From an uncultured virus (IMG/VR IMGVR_UViG_2061766007_003336) (taxonomy: Duplodnaviria > Heunggongvirae > Uroviricota > Caudoviricetes), in the IMG/VR virus record IMGVR_UViG_2061766007_003336: 64,000 bases of DNA; one strand, given 5' to 3'. Each line of letters begins with the position of its first letter. Positions within the stretch are counted from its first letter, which is position 1. Below are positions 28,320 through 38,894 of the stretch, piece after piece. The translations under genes and the position numbers were made by a program. The notes below the pieces were generated by a model, which made no database searches, was not told the origin of the DNA, and was given only the letters and a program-made list of their open reading frames with translations.

Positions 28320-31127
28320 CTACTCCTTAGTTTGTGTTTCGCGGGCCAACAGGCCAAGCCCTTGTTCCGCCCTGTCTATAACTTTGGCTGTCGTCTGTGA
28401 CCTGTCCATGGCCTGCACGTCTTCAGCATGCCTCGGGTCTGAGACCTTCGGCATACCTGCAAAGAAATCAGCGGATAGTATCACTGTTCCCGACTCGTTA
28501 TCCTGCATAAAGGTTTTTACCTCCTTGTTAGCATTGATACTGTCCCAAAACTGCTTCCAGCGTTTCTGGCGTTCAGCCTCAGTCTGACGGTTTTCGGCGT
28601 CTACTTTTTTACTGTAGGCGTCAAGACCTAGCCAGTCTATTTTACTGATTTCTTTAGCATCGTTTTCAATATCGTCCCGCCGTCTGTCAAGGTCCTCGAC
28701 TACTGCGTTATGATAGGCTTTTATCCGCTCCCACTCCGCTTTTGTCCTGACGTGGGCTTTGTACATCTCCGTAAATTCAGAAGGCCCTGACCATGATCCG
28801 AACAGCACGAATCCCGCATATGTTGAATTAGCAAGTTTCTCCTGATACAGCGCCGACATCAGGATGCCCGGCAGATCCCTGATACCACCCTTCCAGGTCA
28901 CGACGTACACGGAAGGCCAGCTCGGAAGGCCGAATGCGAGCAGGAATTTTCTCAGTGCAGCAAGGAAGTCCTTGATAATACGGTAATAGCGGTTGAACAG
29001 TGCGGTAATACTGTCGATGAACTGTTTGGTAGTGTCTATGCTGCCGCTCAGCTTATCGAGATAGGCATCAAGGGTGTCAAGGGCACGCATTGGTATCCCA
29101 AAAATATCTTTCGCCTGAGGAATAAGATTGAACAAATAGCCGAGTGTCCAGTCGTTTACGCCTGGTGGTGTACCTATGCCTTTCCAGCTGGGTTCCAGCA
29201 TTCTGGCGGTTTTAACGTTCTGAACGCGTACAGACACGAACATCGTCCGCATGTTGGCCCCGAAGTCACCTGGGGTCCAGAGGTTGTAGTAGGACGCCGG
29301 CTTGCTGCCGCCGTCAGCAAGAAACTCATGGCTGAAGTATTTGCAGCGGTCACTTACGAACGCCAGCACGATTGTATCTCCAGCTTCGACCCCTGTGTTC
29401 AGGCGGATCGTCGGTTTCAGTCTCGGGACAGCGGGATTGATTGTGTACCGTGCTGAATATTCCAGGTCGGACTGTTTCCGGCTTTCGTATTCGGAAACAG
29501 CGTTTTTAAACTCTTTCTGTGACAGGCATATTTTAAGGGCAGCAAAGAAAAGATCGCTGTCGGTCTTAATTTGCAGCGGATAACCCCTGGAACAGTCCTT
29601 ATACATATTCTTTCCGAATACTGGTCCGAACAGATCGGAATCGAGTTTTTCCCACAACTCCTTTTCTTCCGCCAGGCGGTAGTGGCTGGAGGCTGTGTAC
29701 CACCACTCTACCGCTGTGTTAAACAGAATGATCATGTCGTTGATAAACTCTCTGGTCCTGTCGATCACAAGGGCCTGTGCAAAACTGAATGACGGGTCGG
29801 TAAAAACCTCGGTGGTTTTACCTGTATCTTTTTTAACCAGGTAAACTGAGGATATGTAACAGGACTGGTTGTTGGCAAAATTGAGTTCGATCTTAACGCC
29901 GTTCTCATTACATGCCGCAGCGCCGAGCAGTATCCCTGGGAGAGCTGAAGGGAATCCTTTGTTATGCTCCTTAACAGTATTAAGCTCGTTCTTCCTAAGC
30001 TCCTTGTATACCGGAGGCACACCCCAATACGTCTTACTGTTGCCCTTGCGTCCGAGAACTCCCGCGGCAGTCGTTGCAAGCAGGCCCATAGCTGTTTTGC
30101 AGTTGGCTTTAAGATCGGCCTGCGCATCTGCAGTGTCACTCGACCAGGTATGGTCCCGCATATACTCAAGCTGCTCAAGAAGCCGCTGAGCGTCGTATCG
30201 GGTGTACGACCCGCCGCTCTCTGCATCCTTCTTTTTTCGCTGCTGAAGCAGGAGCTCGACAAAATCCAGCGTCTTACCCAAAAACTCAGCTGTCTCACCT
30301 GGGAATGACCCAGGAACAAACATAGCCATGCACAGTTCGTTTTCAGCGGTAGGACGGTTAAACCAGGACGAGCACATCTCGTTCAAGGTAGAGGATACGA
30401 AGGGAGCCATACGGTCTATGTTATGCGAAAGAAGCAGCTGCGGCCCGTCCTTTTTCTGAACAGGCTCCGGAGTGAGTTTGTCCCAGAGATTGAACCATGC
30501 GACTTTCATTTCTGATTTAAGCAGCGGGATCTGGAACATCGGCAGGAGCTGTTTGATCGCCGTTCTTATTGCCTGGAGGATCGCTTTAGCCAGAAGTATG
30601 GCAAGTGACACCATATCCAGAGCCTTGCCTATGATGCCCAAAACGATATTCAGAAGTTTTTTTACGTTATCCACCAGAGCCTCTATGGTATCTACTGCTG
30701 CCAGCAGATAAGTTTTCGCTGTATTGATGCCATCCATTATGGAGGGGACATTCTTGTCGATCGCTTCCCAGAAATCGACCCAGGTGCCTACAGGCTTCTC
30801 GCTGACTAACAGATCCGCTACCACCTGCTGCGTTACCGCCTGGGCTGCTGTGTCGGGATCACCGAATACCTCGCCGAGAGGGGATTTGACCTTTTCCCCT
30901 TTCTCGTATTTTTCTACAATCTTTGAATAACTGTCAGTGGCTCCGCCTACAACAGCCTCTGTATTGGATTTTTCCTCCAGTTCCGTTTTTCGGGACTCGG
31001 ATGCCTTGTCCAGTGTCTCCACACTGCTACTGTGCTTTACATAGGAATCAAAACTCTTGGTCTCGTCGACAAGGTCTGACACGTCCGGCCCGAAAGGTTT
31101 GGTATTTCCTGCTGTAGTTTTCGCCAT
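28320..31127 (-). CDS. Large tail/baseplate-associated protein
   Basis: ATG at 31127 (MAKTTAG) after ggggag; 935 aa with amphipathic helices; between the spike-like and sheath genes. Confidence 0.55.
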   Translation of the reverse strand: MAKTTAGNTKPFGPDVSDLVDETKSFDSYVKHSSSVETLDKASESRKTELEEKSNTEAVVGGATDSYSKIVEKYEKGEKVKSPLGEVFGDPDTAAQAVTQQVVADLLVSEKPVGTWVDFWEAIDKNVPSIMDGINTAKTYLLAAVDTIEALVDNVKKLLNIVLGIIGKALDMVSLAILLAKAILQAIRTAIKQLLPMFQIPLLKSEMKVAWFNLWDKLTPEPVQKKDGPQLLLSHNIDRMAPFVSSTLNEMCSSWFNRPTAENELCMAMFVPGSFPGETAEFLGKTLDFVELLLQQRKKKDAESGGSYTRYDAQRLLEQLEYMRDHTWSSDTADAQADLKANCKTAMGLLATTAAGVLGRKGNSKTYWGVPPVYKELRKNELNTVKEHNKGFPSALPGILLGAAACNENGVKIELNFANNQSCYISSVYLVKKDTGKTTEVFTDPSFSFAQALVIDRTREFINDMIILFNTAVEWWYTASSHYRLAEEKELWEKLDSDLFGPVFGKNMYKDCSRGYPLQIKTDSDLFFAALKICLSQKEFKNAVSEYESRKQSDLEYSARYTINPAVPRLKPTIRLNTGVEAGDTIVLAFVSDRCKYFSHEFLADGGSKPASYYNLWTPGDFGANMRTMFVSVRVQNVKTARMLEPSWKGIGTPPGVNDWTLGYLFNLIPQAKDIFGIPMRALDTLDAYLDKLSGSIDTTKQFIDSITALFNRYYRIIKDFLAALRKFLLAFGLPSWPSVYVVTWKGGIRDLPGILMSALYQEKLANSTYAGFVLFGSWSGPSEFTEMYKAHVRTKAEWERIKAYHNAVVEDLDRRRDDIENDAKEISKIDWLGLDAYSKKVDAENRQTEAERQKRWKQFWDSINANKEVKTFMQDNESGTVILSADFFAGMPKVSDPRHAEDVQAMDRSQTTAKVIDRAEQGLGLLARETQTKE

Positions 31128-31144
31128 AAGACTCCCCCTGATCG

Positions 31145-32332
31145 CTATGGAGTAAACAGGGATGGTGTCGGAAGAGTGACACCTATCGGATAATGAATAC
31201 AGTTCTGTCTGATAAAACCTGAGTTCAGCTGACCTAGTATTGCACCGAGCGGTGCACTGGCAGCTCCGGCTCCGCCGGTAGGCGGAAATGTCGAGCATGC
31301 GCTGGCTACGGTCATAACCGCAGTGGTCAGATTAGTAAGCAGAGTTTCCAGCAAAAGAGCACTTACTGCATAGTCGCCTACGCCTCCAAGAAAGAGCTGA
31401 CTGCCGCCGATGCCGACTGAGCCTGCCTTTGTCATCTTGATTCCGCTTACCGTACCGTTAGCTATGTCGATTTCGCCGCCCCCTGAAGACGGTATCGATG
31501 TAATCTGAACCGTCGGAGCAGTAATATCAACCTGTTTGCCGCCGGATATCGTTGTACCTGAATCCGAACCCAATGCTGCCGCGCCGCTGCTCTGCAGATT
31601 GATATCGGTAGCTGACAGATCAAATACATCAGAGCATTCCAATGCGACTTTCTTTGCGAGTTTCAGTGTGAGCTCGGAAGCAAAATCGAGAACTTTCTTT
31701 CCGGCAGGCGAGCTGTTGTTCTCAGAAGTGAGATCCTCGTGAAACAAAGTCACCATACTGCCCGAAGCCGGGTCGCATACCGTGGAAATGTCCAACCCCT
31801 TATCCGTCAGGGAGAAAATGAACGCTCCGTTATGCAGTTTCAGCTGGACGCCGTCCTGGTTGACTGCCAGCGACAATGCGTTTCCAAGACTTACGTCAAG
31901 GCTAGGTTTACTTCCGGGGGTATTGATATCAGCGCCCGTAAAAATGACTCTGATGTCATTGCCCTCGTACCTGAACGAGTTGGCTTTCAGTTCCACACCG
32001 GCCGAATCAAATTTCAGGAAGCACGACGTCAGCGCTCTGCCGATGATCAGTCTGCCTTCCTGCCTGAGCCAGGCCAGGAACCCGCTGTTCGGATACCTTA
32101 TAACTGTGTCCCCCGGGGTGCGGTAAGGCACATCCTTGTCCCACCCAGACTTCGGATCAAGCGACGGCATATACAGAACGGCTATGACTGCCTCACCATC
32201 GGACGTAACAATGGATCCTTTTTCCGGCATAGGAAGATAGTCCGGAACCTTTACATCTATTGCTCTGGCTCCGTCTTTTTCGATCGTAACGGTGCCGTTA
32301 AAGCTGACTTCTGCTACACGCCACGTACTCAT
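31145..32332 (-). CDS. Baseplate spike/hub-like protein
   Basis: N-terminal OB-fold-like segment (GTVTIE...MPEKGSIV) followed by Gly/Ser-rich beta-helix-like repeats. Confidence 0.55.
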   Translation of the reverse strand: MSTWRVAEVSFNGTVTIEKDGARAIDVKVPDYLPMPEKGSIVTSDGEAVIAVLYMPSLDPKSGWDKDVPYRTPGDTVIRYPNSGFLAWLRQEGRLIIGRALTSCFLKFDSAGVELKANSFRYEGNDIRVIFTGADINTPGSKPSLDVSLGNALSLAVNQDGVQLKLHNGAFIFSLTDKGLDISTVCDPASGSMVTLFHEDLTSENNSSPAGKKVLDFASELTLKLAKKVALECSDVFDLSATDINLQSSGAAALGSDSGTTISGGKQVDITAPTVQITSIPSSGGGEIDIANGTVSGIKMTKAGSVGIGGSQLFLGGVGDYAVSALLLETLLTNLTTAVMTVASACSTFPPTGGAGAASAPLGAILGQLNSGFIRQNCIHYPIGVTLPTPSLFTP

Positions 32333-32334
32333 GC

Positions 32335-33765
32335 TCAGCCTATATAGTTGACTACATCATTCCTGCTGCTGTCCCAGTTCTCCGAGATCAGACCGAAGTT
32401 GAACGTGCCTACGGTGTTGAAGGCGTTGGACAGATCTGGAACAGATGCTAGGTGACAGTCTTTAACAATGTACCTGCCTGCGCAGACACTGCACTTCGGA
32501 TTGCCGTAGCGCATGATCGTCTTGAATATCTCGGCGTACAGCTGTCTCCACTGGGTATCAGGAGTGTCTAACGTGGCACAACTCATAAACTGTACAGCAA
32601 TATTATTCTGCGGTGTTGCCACCTGAAGGAAACTGTGTTCGGACAGTGGAACGGTGTTTACTCCGTAAAGAGGCTCAGCCACAACTGCTGCTGCGGGATA
32701 AAACCTCACTACCACCGGCAGATCCGATGTCTGTATGCTTGATAATACTTCCTGCTGCAGCAACTGGTCGAGATACCAATCCATTGCGGCTGTTACGCCT
32801 GTCAGCACCTGCTCCGTAGTATTGTGACCGCTCCAACCGGTGTCGGGTCGGGTCGTGTTCGTGTAATAGTCATCAGGCAGGCCTGCTTGCCGAAGGTTAT
32901 TCACTAAGCGTACCGCGTCTGCTTTCCAGTAGTCGACGTATCCTTCTATTTCGGCAACTTTTGTCTGCGCCTCTGTCATACCAGGCTTAGGAGTTATTAT
33001 CTGGGCATAGTCTAGCACATCCTGAATCAAAAACTTTTGTAATCTCACTATCACAAACTTCCCGTCCTGTAAAGCTTCTAACTCTGGGTTCATAATTCCA
33101 AGATATAACTGATCAAAAATAGGGAATGTTTGGATAAGTTGTTCAAATAAGTCCGCATGTATCGACTGCGCCTGATCTCTTGAAATATACACGGCTTTTA
33201 ACTTGTCTGCAGACTCATTCAGTTTTGTTGACAACTGTTCAATGCCAGGCACTTTTTGATTTAAAATCGTCGTCGGGTAACCGGTTTCATCGTGGCCGAC
33301 AAACTTCTTCTGGATGTAATCTAAAGTATTTCTAATCCAGGTAGTCAGATCGGCTAGTGTAGGTCCTCTGAATACAGATGATCGTGTTGCGGCTTCTGAA
33401 GGAGCAGAAGAAGATCTGTTCAGATTGGGATCCCCAATACTGATAATATAGGAGGACGACATTCTTGGAGCTACTTCATCATATTTCATGGCGATTACCT
33501 GGAGCTCCGTCCTGAGCTGCCGGGTTCCCTCAGCTGAAAACTCAAGATAAAAAAACTGTTCGGGATCGGATAAAGCGGGGTATAGCTGCGATAACAGTTT
33601 TTGCGAGGACACGGTACGCAGATCCTGAGAATTATAATCGTGACCTACTCCGATTGCTTTTAAGAATGTCCTGTACCCGTCACTGTCTTTAGCTAACGGG
33701 GGGTATTTAGTGTACCCGTTAACATTCTGATAAGTCACGCTGCGAAGACTGCTTGTACTGTCCAT
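32335..33765 (-). CDS. Hypothetical tail/baseplate protein
   Basis: 476 aa, RBS ggaggt, within the tail module. Confidence 0.6.
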   Translation of the reverse strand: MDSTSSLRSVTYQNVNGYTKYPPLAKDSDGYRTFLKAIGVGHDYNSQDLRTVSSQKLLSQLYPALSDPEQFFYLEFSAEGTRQLRTELQVIAMKYDEVAPRMSSSYIISIGDPNLNRSSSAPSEAATRSSVFRGPTLADLTTWIRNTLDYIQKKFVGHDETGYPTTILNQKVPGIEQLSTKLNESADKLKAVYISRDQAQSIHADLFEQLIQTFPIFDQLYLGIMNPELEALQDGKFVIVRLQKFLIQDVLDYAQIITPKPGMTEAQTKVAEIEGYVDYWKADAVRLVNNLRQAGLPDDYYTNTTRPDTGWSGHNTTEQVLTGVTAAMDWYLDQLLQQEVLSSIQTSDLPVVVRFYPAAAVVAEPLYGVNTVPLSEHSFLQVATPQNNIAVQFMSCATLDTPDTQWRQLYAEIFKTIMRYGNPKCSVCAGRYIVKDCHLASVPDLSNAFNTVGTFNFGLISENWDSSRNDVVNYIG

Positions 33766-33827
33766 ATGACCTCCACTGGTCTACATGAAACCACACCGGG
33801 AAGTCTACTGTATTAGTTCTGAAAAGC

Positions 33828-33853
33828 AAAAAAAAACCCCGCCGGAGCGGGGT
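33828..33853 (-). terminator. Terminator after the major capsid gene
   Basis: accccgc-tccg-gcggggt followed by a T run on the minus strand; overlaps a weak TTGCTT-N16-TAGACT promoter (33802-33829). Confidence 0.75.
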
Positions 33854-33878
33854 AACTTTGGAGTTAGGTACATGGACC

Positions 33879-35219
33879 TTATTTGCTGAATTTCCAAACG
33901 TCGAGAGCGGAGATGGAGTAGGGGTTGTGGAACATGAACGTGATCTTCTCATCCGACCAGGTCGAAACATAGTCATTCTTGACTTCGATGTTGTTTTTAA
34001 CATCGCGGTTCCACAAGTAAACTCTACCGACATAGTTAAGCGGAGAGTAAACAAGGATACGTTCGAAGGTAGCCGCTTCAAGAAGCTCCTTGTAATCCAT
34101 GTAATCTACTGCGGAGTCGTCCTTAACGTTGAGTTTAAATGTCGAACCGTAGTTCTTTGCAAGCTGGTCAAGGAAGAACTGCGTAGCGTTCCTCTGGTTG
34201 CCCTCACTGGTGCTGCCTTTCGCGGCGCCGTTTACTGCGCCCGGATAAGCTGTCTCGTCAGCTGCGGTCGGAAGAGTGATGCTGTATCCGAAGTTCTGAA
34301 GAAGTTTCCAGAATCTGTAAACAGGGTTGCCGCCTGCTTCTTTATCGGTAACAGTGAACAGCGACTTTCTGTCTGCACCTTCTTTCTCAGAGCAGGATGC
34401 GAACGTAAGACCTCTGAAGTCTCTGAGCATGAGCTTTCTGAGTGAGTAAAGCGGAGAATCGTTCGGTGAGAATCCGCTCTTGAGGAAATCGCTTGCTACA
34501 CCGTTAACGATGCTGTGATCAAGTTTTCCGAAATCAAGGTAAAGATTCTCGGGCATAACGAGAAGTTCTCTCGGCTGGTTTTTCTTAATCGGTGAGCCGT
34601 GAAGGTTAAGAAGGTCGATGATCTGTTTGTGCGGAGCAACTTCCCACTCTGATTTGAAATCACAAGCGATGATGCTGCTTCCCTTAACTACATCTTCCAT
34701 CGAGCCGATGATCTGGTAGCAGCCGTAGAACCAGAATCTGTCTTCCTTTTTGAAGATCGAAAGGTGGCGGCTGTCCTTCATCTCTTTTACGAAATCATAC
34801 GGGTAGATCTCGATGAGGTCGAGGTATTTACCGATGATCGGAGTTTTGAGAGTGGTAAGGTAACCGCTTACGAAACGGCCGTTAGCAGTCGAAAGGTAGC
34901 CTTCGCCACCGAGTTTTCTCGGCTGCGTCTCGCCGATGAACTCTTCGACGTCCGGCTGAATCGGCATTTCGATACGGATTCTTTCGTGCTCGTTTTCGAT
35001 TTTGATTTTGTCAATGTCTGCACCGGTAAGGGTGTGGAACTGACCGTCTGCAAGAGCGCCGTAGATCTGTCTTGCAGCACCGTACATGTATCCGCCTACT
35101 GCGAGGATGTCGGAAAATTTGCTGGCGATTTTATCATAGGCGTTACCCGAGCGGATAGCTGAGGTAAGGTCTCTGACGATATCAATTTCCGCCTGTCTGG
35201 TGATAGTTTCGGTATTCAT
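33879..35219 (-). CDS. Major capsid protein
   Basis: 446 aa; last gene of a promoter-scaffold-accessory-accessory unit and followed by a strong terminator; LKTP...YPYDF.......I.KKED.F pattern fits an HK97-fold spine helix. Confidence 0.6.
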   Translation of the reverse strand: MNTETITRQAEIDIVRDLTSAIRSGNAYDKIASKFSDILAVGGYMYGAARQIYGALADGQFHTLTGADIDKIKIENEHERIRIEMPIQPDVEEFIGETQPRKLGGEGYLSTANGRFVSGYLTTLKTPIIGKYLDLIEIYPYDFVKEMKDSRHLSIFKKEDRFWFYGCYQIIGSMEDVVKGSSIIACDFKSEWEVAPHKQIIDLLNLHGSPIKKNQPRELLVMPENLYLDFGKLDHSIVNGVASDFLKSGFSPNDSPLYSLRKLMLRDFRGLTFASCSEKEGADRKSLFTVTDKEAGGNPVYRFWKLLQNFGYSITLPTAADETAYPGAVNGAAKGSTSEGNQRNATQFFLDQLAKNYGSTFKLNVKDDSAVDYMDYKELLEAATFERILVYSPLNYVGRVYLWNRDVKNNIEVKNDYVSTWSDEKITFMFHNPYSISALDVWKFSK

Positions 35220-35231
35220 AGTTGCCTCCTG

Positions 35232-35939
35232 TTAGCATACAAAATCTATGGTTGTGAAAAGGTTCCCGTCGTTGTCCCTGTAGGTTCCTGCATTGATTAC
35301 GGTAGTTCCCGGAATGTCTGCGATGTTGGTGGTATCGTAAACTTCAGGAGCGGCTCCGTCATATGATGCTGTAGGAACAATCTTGCCTTCTGAGCCTGCG
35401 CCGAAAACATTGTTTGCCTCTGCGCCGAGAGCAACAAGTTTAAGGCATCCGCCTATAACGACCTGGTTTGCGAATGTCTCGTCAACAGCCGGAAGGATAA
35501 CGCGTTTGATGTACGCATCCTTGAGCACGATGACGTTGTTGTATTCGCATTCAACTGCATCGTCACCGCATACTTCACTGAGCATGTTCATCTCAGCCTG
35601 CTCGCTTCCGAAGAGAACGAGACCTAGTCTGCCTGCGAATTTGGTTACAAAGTCTGCGAGTGTCGTAACCCCGTTAATACCTCTATCCGAAGCATAGGTA
35701 ACGATGGTGGTTTCTCCGGTAGTGCTGGAGAGTTTGGGAAGGTGATTGAAACCCGGGACACCGTTGGGAGCTGCATCTACGAGAACGAAGTCGTGTGCAT
35801 AGAGAGTTCCGTCAAGTGCCGGGCCGTCCAGAATGAGAGCACTCTGTCTGATAGCTTCGTGCGGATTAAAACCGCGTGCTACTATCGGAGTGGAGATGCC
35901 CATGGTCTTAGCTGACAAAATGATATTTTTCTTAGCCAT
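35232..35939 (-). CDS. Putative head decoration/accessory protein (paralog of 35958-36983)
   Basis: MGISTPIVARGFNPHEAIRQSALILDGP versus MGIPVPEVGRGINAHEAIRESVFTLDGP. Confidence 0.6.
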   Translation of the reverse strand: MAKKNIILSAKTMGISTPIVARGFNPHEAIRQSALILDGPALDGTLYAHDFVLVDAAPNGVPGFNHLPKLSSTTGETTIVTYASDRGINGVTTLADFVTKFAGRLGLVLFGSEQAEMNMLSEVCGDDAVECEYNNVIVLKDAYIKRVILPAVDETFANQVVIGGCLKLVALGAEANNVFGAGSEGKIVPTASYDGAAPEVYDTTNIADIPGTTVINAGTYRDNDGNLFTTIDFVC

Positions 35940-35957
35940 GATAATATCCTCCGATTA

Positions 35958-36983
35958 TTAACAAGTTATATCAAGCATAACGTTCACGTGTGAAACACCG
36001 CGAGCGTCTGTGGTTCTTTTCGGGTATGCTTTGTTGACTGTAACAGCCGGGCAAGCGACTTTCGTCCAGGAGCTGAACGGGCCGTCATACGGGTTGTCGT
36101 CGTCGCTGCCTGTGTCTTCAGGAACGTGTCCGAAAGACGCCGGAGCAAAAGCGACTTTGACCATCGTTTCACCGCCTTCGGTAGCCTCTTTAAAGAAGAA
36201 GCAGCAGCATTCGCCGGGGACTGTGTTGTCAACAGCTTCCTGAATTTTAGTATCGTCTGCAAGTTCAAGAACGCAGAGGTTCGAGATTCTGCATTTGCGG
36301 AGTCTTACACACATATCGTGTGCAGCATCCATTGTCTCTTCGCCGAGAACAGGATCAATGTACTGCATCTCAACGAACTCAGTACCGCATCTGATAAGGA
36401 AGATTCTGTTTGCAAGCCAGGTGAGTCTTTCTTCAAGAACTTCTGCAGCGTTGTCAGTGGCAGGAACCGGATCAGTCATTTCAAACTGAATTACGCTCGC
36501 TTCAACACTAACGAATGGATCAGGGAGGATCAGGCTGTACTGTGCGTCGCCGGCAACGGCGTCACGTTTTGTCGTGCCGTCCATGATCTGAACGCCGGTA
36601 TTAGTAGAGATGTAGGTCTCCTGGCTGGTGATCTTAGCAGCATCAGCTACCGGATCAAGCTGGATCTTTTCAGCAGGCTGCTCGGGGGTTACTACATGAG
36701 TGGTAGTCCAGGTGTGTTTCGGGTCAAGGTTGCTGAGGAAGGTAATAAGGTCGTCCATGCTCTCGTGACCTTCAAGAGGTGAGAAAGCCGGACAGCCGCC
36801 TGCCGGATCGAGCATTACGAACTTGTGATTGCTTGCAAGTTCAGCTCTGTCAGCCATGACCGGACCGTCGAGAGTGAATACGCTTTCTCTGATCGCTTCA
36901 TGTGCGTTGATACCGCGTCCTACTTCAGGAACCGGTATGCCCATTCTTTTATAGGGCATAAGTACGTGTTTGCTGGGCATCAT
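35958..36983 (-). CDS. Putative head decoration/accessory protein
   Basis: Paralog of 35232-35939 with an internal insertion; between the scaffold-like gene and the capsid gene. Confidence 0.6.
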   Translation of the reverse strand: MMPSKHVLMPYKRMGIPVPEVGRGINAHEAIRESVFTLDGPVMADRAELASNHKFVMLDPAGGCPAFSPLEGHESMDDLITFLSNLDPKHTWTTTHVVTPEQPAEKIQLDPVADAAKITSQETYISTNTGVQIMDGTTKRDAVAGDAQYSLILPDPFVSVEASVIQFEMTDPVPATDNAAEVLEERLTWLANRIFLIRCGTEFVEMQYIDPVLGEETMDAAHDMCVRLRKCRISNLCVLELADDTKIQEAVDNTVPGECCCFFFKEATEGGETMVKVAFAPASFGHVPEDTGSDDDNPYDGPFSSWTKVACPAVTVNKAYPKRTTDARGVSHVNVMLDITC

Positions 36984-37501
36984 ACGCGCCTCCCGAGAAC
37001 TGTTGCCAGTTTCTCTTCGTATCTTGCTTCAAGCGCAGCGTTTGCGTTATTGGAGTCTCTTCTGCTCGCCGTCTTGTCTGAACGGACCTGTCTGCTGTCT
37101 GAGTAAGCCGAACGGGTAACGCTGAGTTTGTCAAGAACTGTGTGTTTGATAATCGAGCCGAGTTTTTCGCCGTCAATCTTTTCGTCCTGCATGTCCGCTT
37201 TCGCGAATGCGTCCGTAAGATCGGAAGCGAGATCAGGATCGAGTTTGGCTACGGTCTCAACGAGCTCATCCTTCATTTCATCTGAAACGGCTTCGGACGA
37301 GTTCGATTCAAGAGCTTTGTCGACTTCTTCAGCGATTACCGAGCCAGCCTTTTCAGCAAGCTCCCTCTGGTTCGCAGCTTCCTCAGCTGCAGCCTCAGCG
37401 AGCTTCGTTACAGAGTCAAGTTCCTCTGTGAGGGCTTTTATGGTATTCTGCTGATCGGAAGCGAGCTTAACCAACTCTTCCATCGAATAAGGTCTATCCA
37501 T
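36980..37501 (-). CDS. Putative scaffolding protein
   Basis: Acidic, Ala/Glu-rich coiled coil upstream of the capsid genes. Confidence 0.5.
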   Translation of the reverse strand: MDRPYSMEELVKLASDQQNTIKALTEELDSVTKLAEAAAEEAANQRELAEKAGSVIAEEVDKALESNSSEAVSDEMKDELVETVAKLDPDLASDLTDAFAKADMQDEKIDGEKLGSIIKHTVLDKLSVTRSAYSDSRQVRSDKTASRRDSNNANAALEARYEEKLATVLGRRV

Positions 37502-37563
37502 TGTTTGCCTCCGTTATGATTCAAAATCCACCGCCGGACACAATATCCGGCTTTACGATACAA

Positions 37564-37592
37564 AGTATATTAAAGGGGAAGGTTTATGTCAA
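37564..37592 (-). promoter_or_regulatory. sigma70-type promoter of the head operon
   Basis: TTGACA-N17-TATACT. Confidence 0.8.
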
Positions 37593-37606
37593 ATTTGTCA
37601 GCGGAA

Positions 37607-38815
37607 TCAGATTTCATCTGAAATCTCGAACAGGGGATCGTCCATAAAGGATCTTTCCCTGAGGTATTTGCTCAGGCCTGCTTTCAGGGAAAGTTTCTCG
37701 CCGGTCGTAATGCCGTCATCCTTGAAATCATCGTGAGCCAGAGAATCGGCGTAGCGTCTTGCACCGCCTACCTCGTCGAAATTGCGTCTGTAAATCAGAC
37801 GGGTTATTCCGGCAGGTCTGGTCTCGAAATCCTCTCTGCTCAGTGCATTAAGAAGGGTAGGATTGTCTGCAGAACCGGTTTTTACACCGCCGCCTTTCAT
37901 CATCTGTTCCTGAGCTTCCAGTTGTTTATATGTATCCATGAGCTTACCTATATTTACATGAGGACCGGTAACACGTTTGCTTCTCTTCTGCATAGCTGCC
38001 ACCTGGTTGGTTTTTTCATATGCTTTGCCCAGCGCCTCACCTATCATCTGGCCGCGCTGCGCAGTCTGGATTCTGTTGCGGGAAACGGTGTCATGTGCCG
38101 CTCTGTATCTCTGGCCTTCGAGTCCGCCAGGCAGGTGCTGGTACACCAGGTTGAGGCCCTTCTTTGCGAACCCGCGCTTGTAGCCTTTCTTCAGAGCATC
38201 CCAGGCATACTGCTTTTCATCATCAGTCAGCCTGCGTCCCGTTTCTGCGAAATATTCTTTATCTGCGAGTTCGATAAGTTTATCCATATCGTATTTCTGT
38301 GATCTCATCACGGGAACTTTGCCGGTGGTTCTCAGCGCAGCCTCTGCGGCATAGTAACCCGTAGCTTTGGCGTTGGCCTGCTGCTGTTTCATCGTAAGTT
38401 CGTTTACTGCCTGGCTCATTCCCGACAGTGCCTGCGCCCTGGCAGCCTGGAAAGCACGCTCGTCATAGTAGTCCTTTGCGCTGTCAAGAGCTATTGAACC
38501 GAGATCACTCTTCTTGTTTATTTTATAGGTAATCTTGGGAGCTCTGATAGCCTGCGTAAGCATCCCGCCTACCGGCACTCCCTGTACCTGGGCGTTCAGA
38601 ACTTTCTCGTACAGTGCGCCTGCCTGGGGCGACGTTGCCGCTGTTCTCATAAGCGCACGCTTGAACACTTCGGGATTGAACTTACCGTCCGGACCCTGGT
38701 AGAGGTCTTCCGGTTTGCCTCCCTCGATACTGGACAATCCGGCCACGGCCGCGTTGCGCACTTTGACTCCGGTATCCGAAGTGATTGCATCATTAAGTGT
38801 TTCTAAAACTCCCAT
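37607..38815 (-). CDS. Putative internal virion protein
   Basis: ATG at 38815 after ggagag; Ala/Gln/Lys-rich, helical. Confidence 0.65.
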   Translation of the reverse strand: MGVLETLNDAITSDTGVKVRNAAVAGLSSIEGGKPEDLYQGPDGKFNPEVFKRALMRTAATSPQAGALYEKVLNAQVQGVPVGGMLTQAIRAPKITYKINKKSDLGSIALDSAKDYYDERAFQAARAQALSGMSQAVNELTMKQQQANAKATGYYAAEAALRTTGKVPVMRSQKYDMDKLIELADKEYFAETGRRLTDDEKQYAWDALKKGYKRGFAKKGLNLVYQHLPGGLEGQRYRAAHDTVSRNRIQTAQRGQMIGEALGKAYEKTNQVAAMQKRSKRVTGPHVNIGKLMDTYKQLEAQEQMMKGGGVKTGSADNPTLLNALSREDFETRPAGITRLIYRRNFDEVGGARRYADSLAHDDFKDDGITTGEKLSLKAGLSKYLRERSFMDDPLFEISDEI

Positions 38816-38857
38816 CTGAGCTCTCCATCCATATATGCCGTACAGCACGGCAGGGTC

Positions 38858-38886
38858 ATTTTACCTTTTAATGCGGGTTTTTTCAA
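38858..38886 (-). promoter_or_regulatory. sigma70-type promoter
   Basis: TTGAAA-N17-TAAAAT. Confidence 0.65.
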
Positions 38887-38894
38887 CTGCGGCC

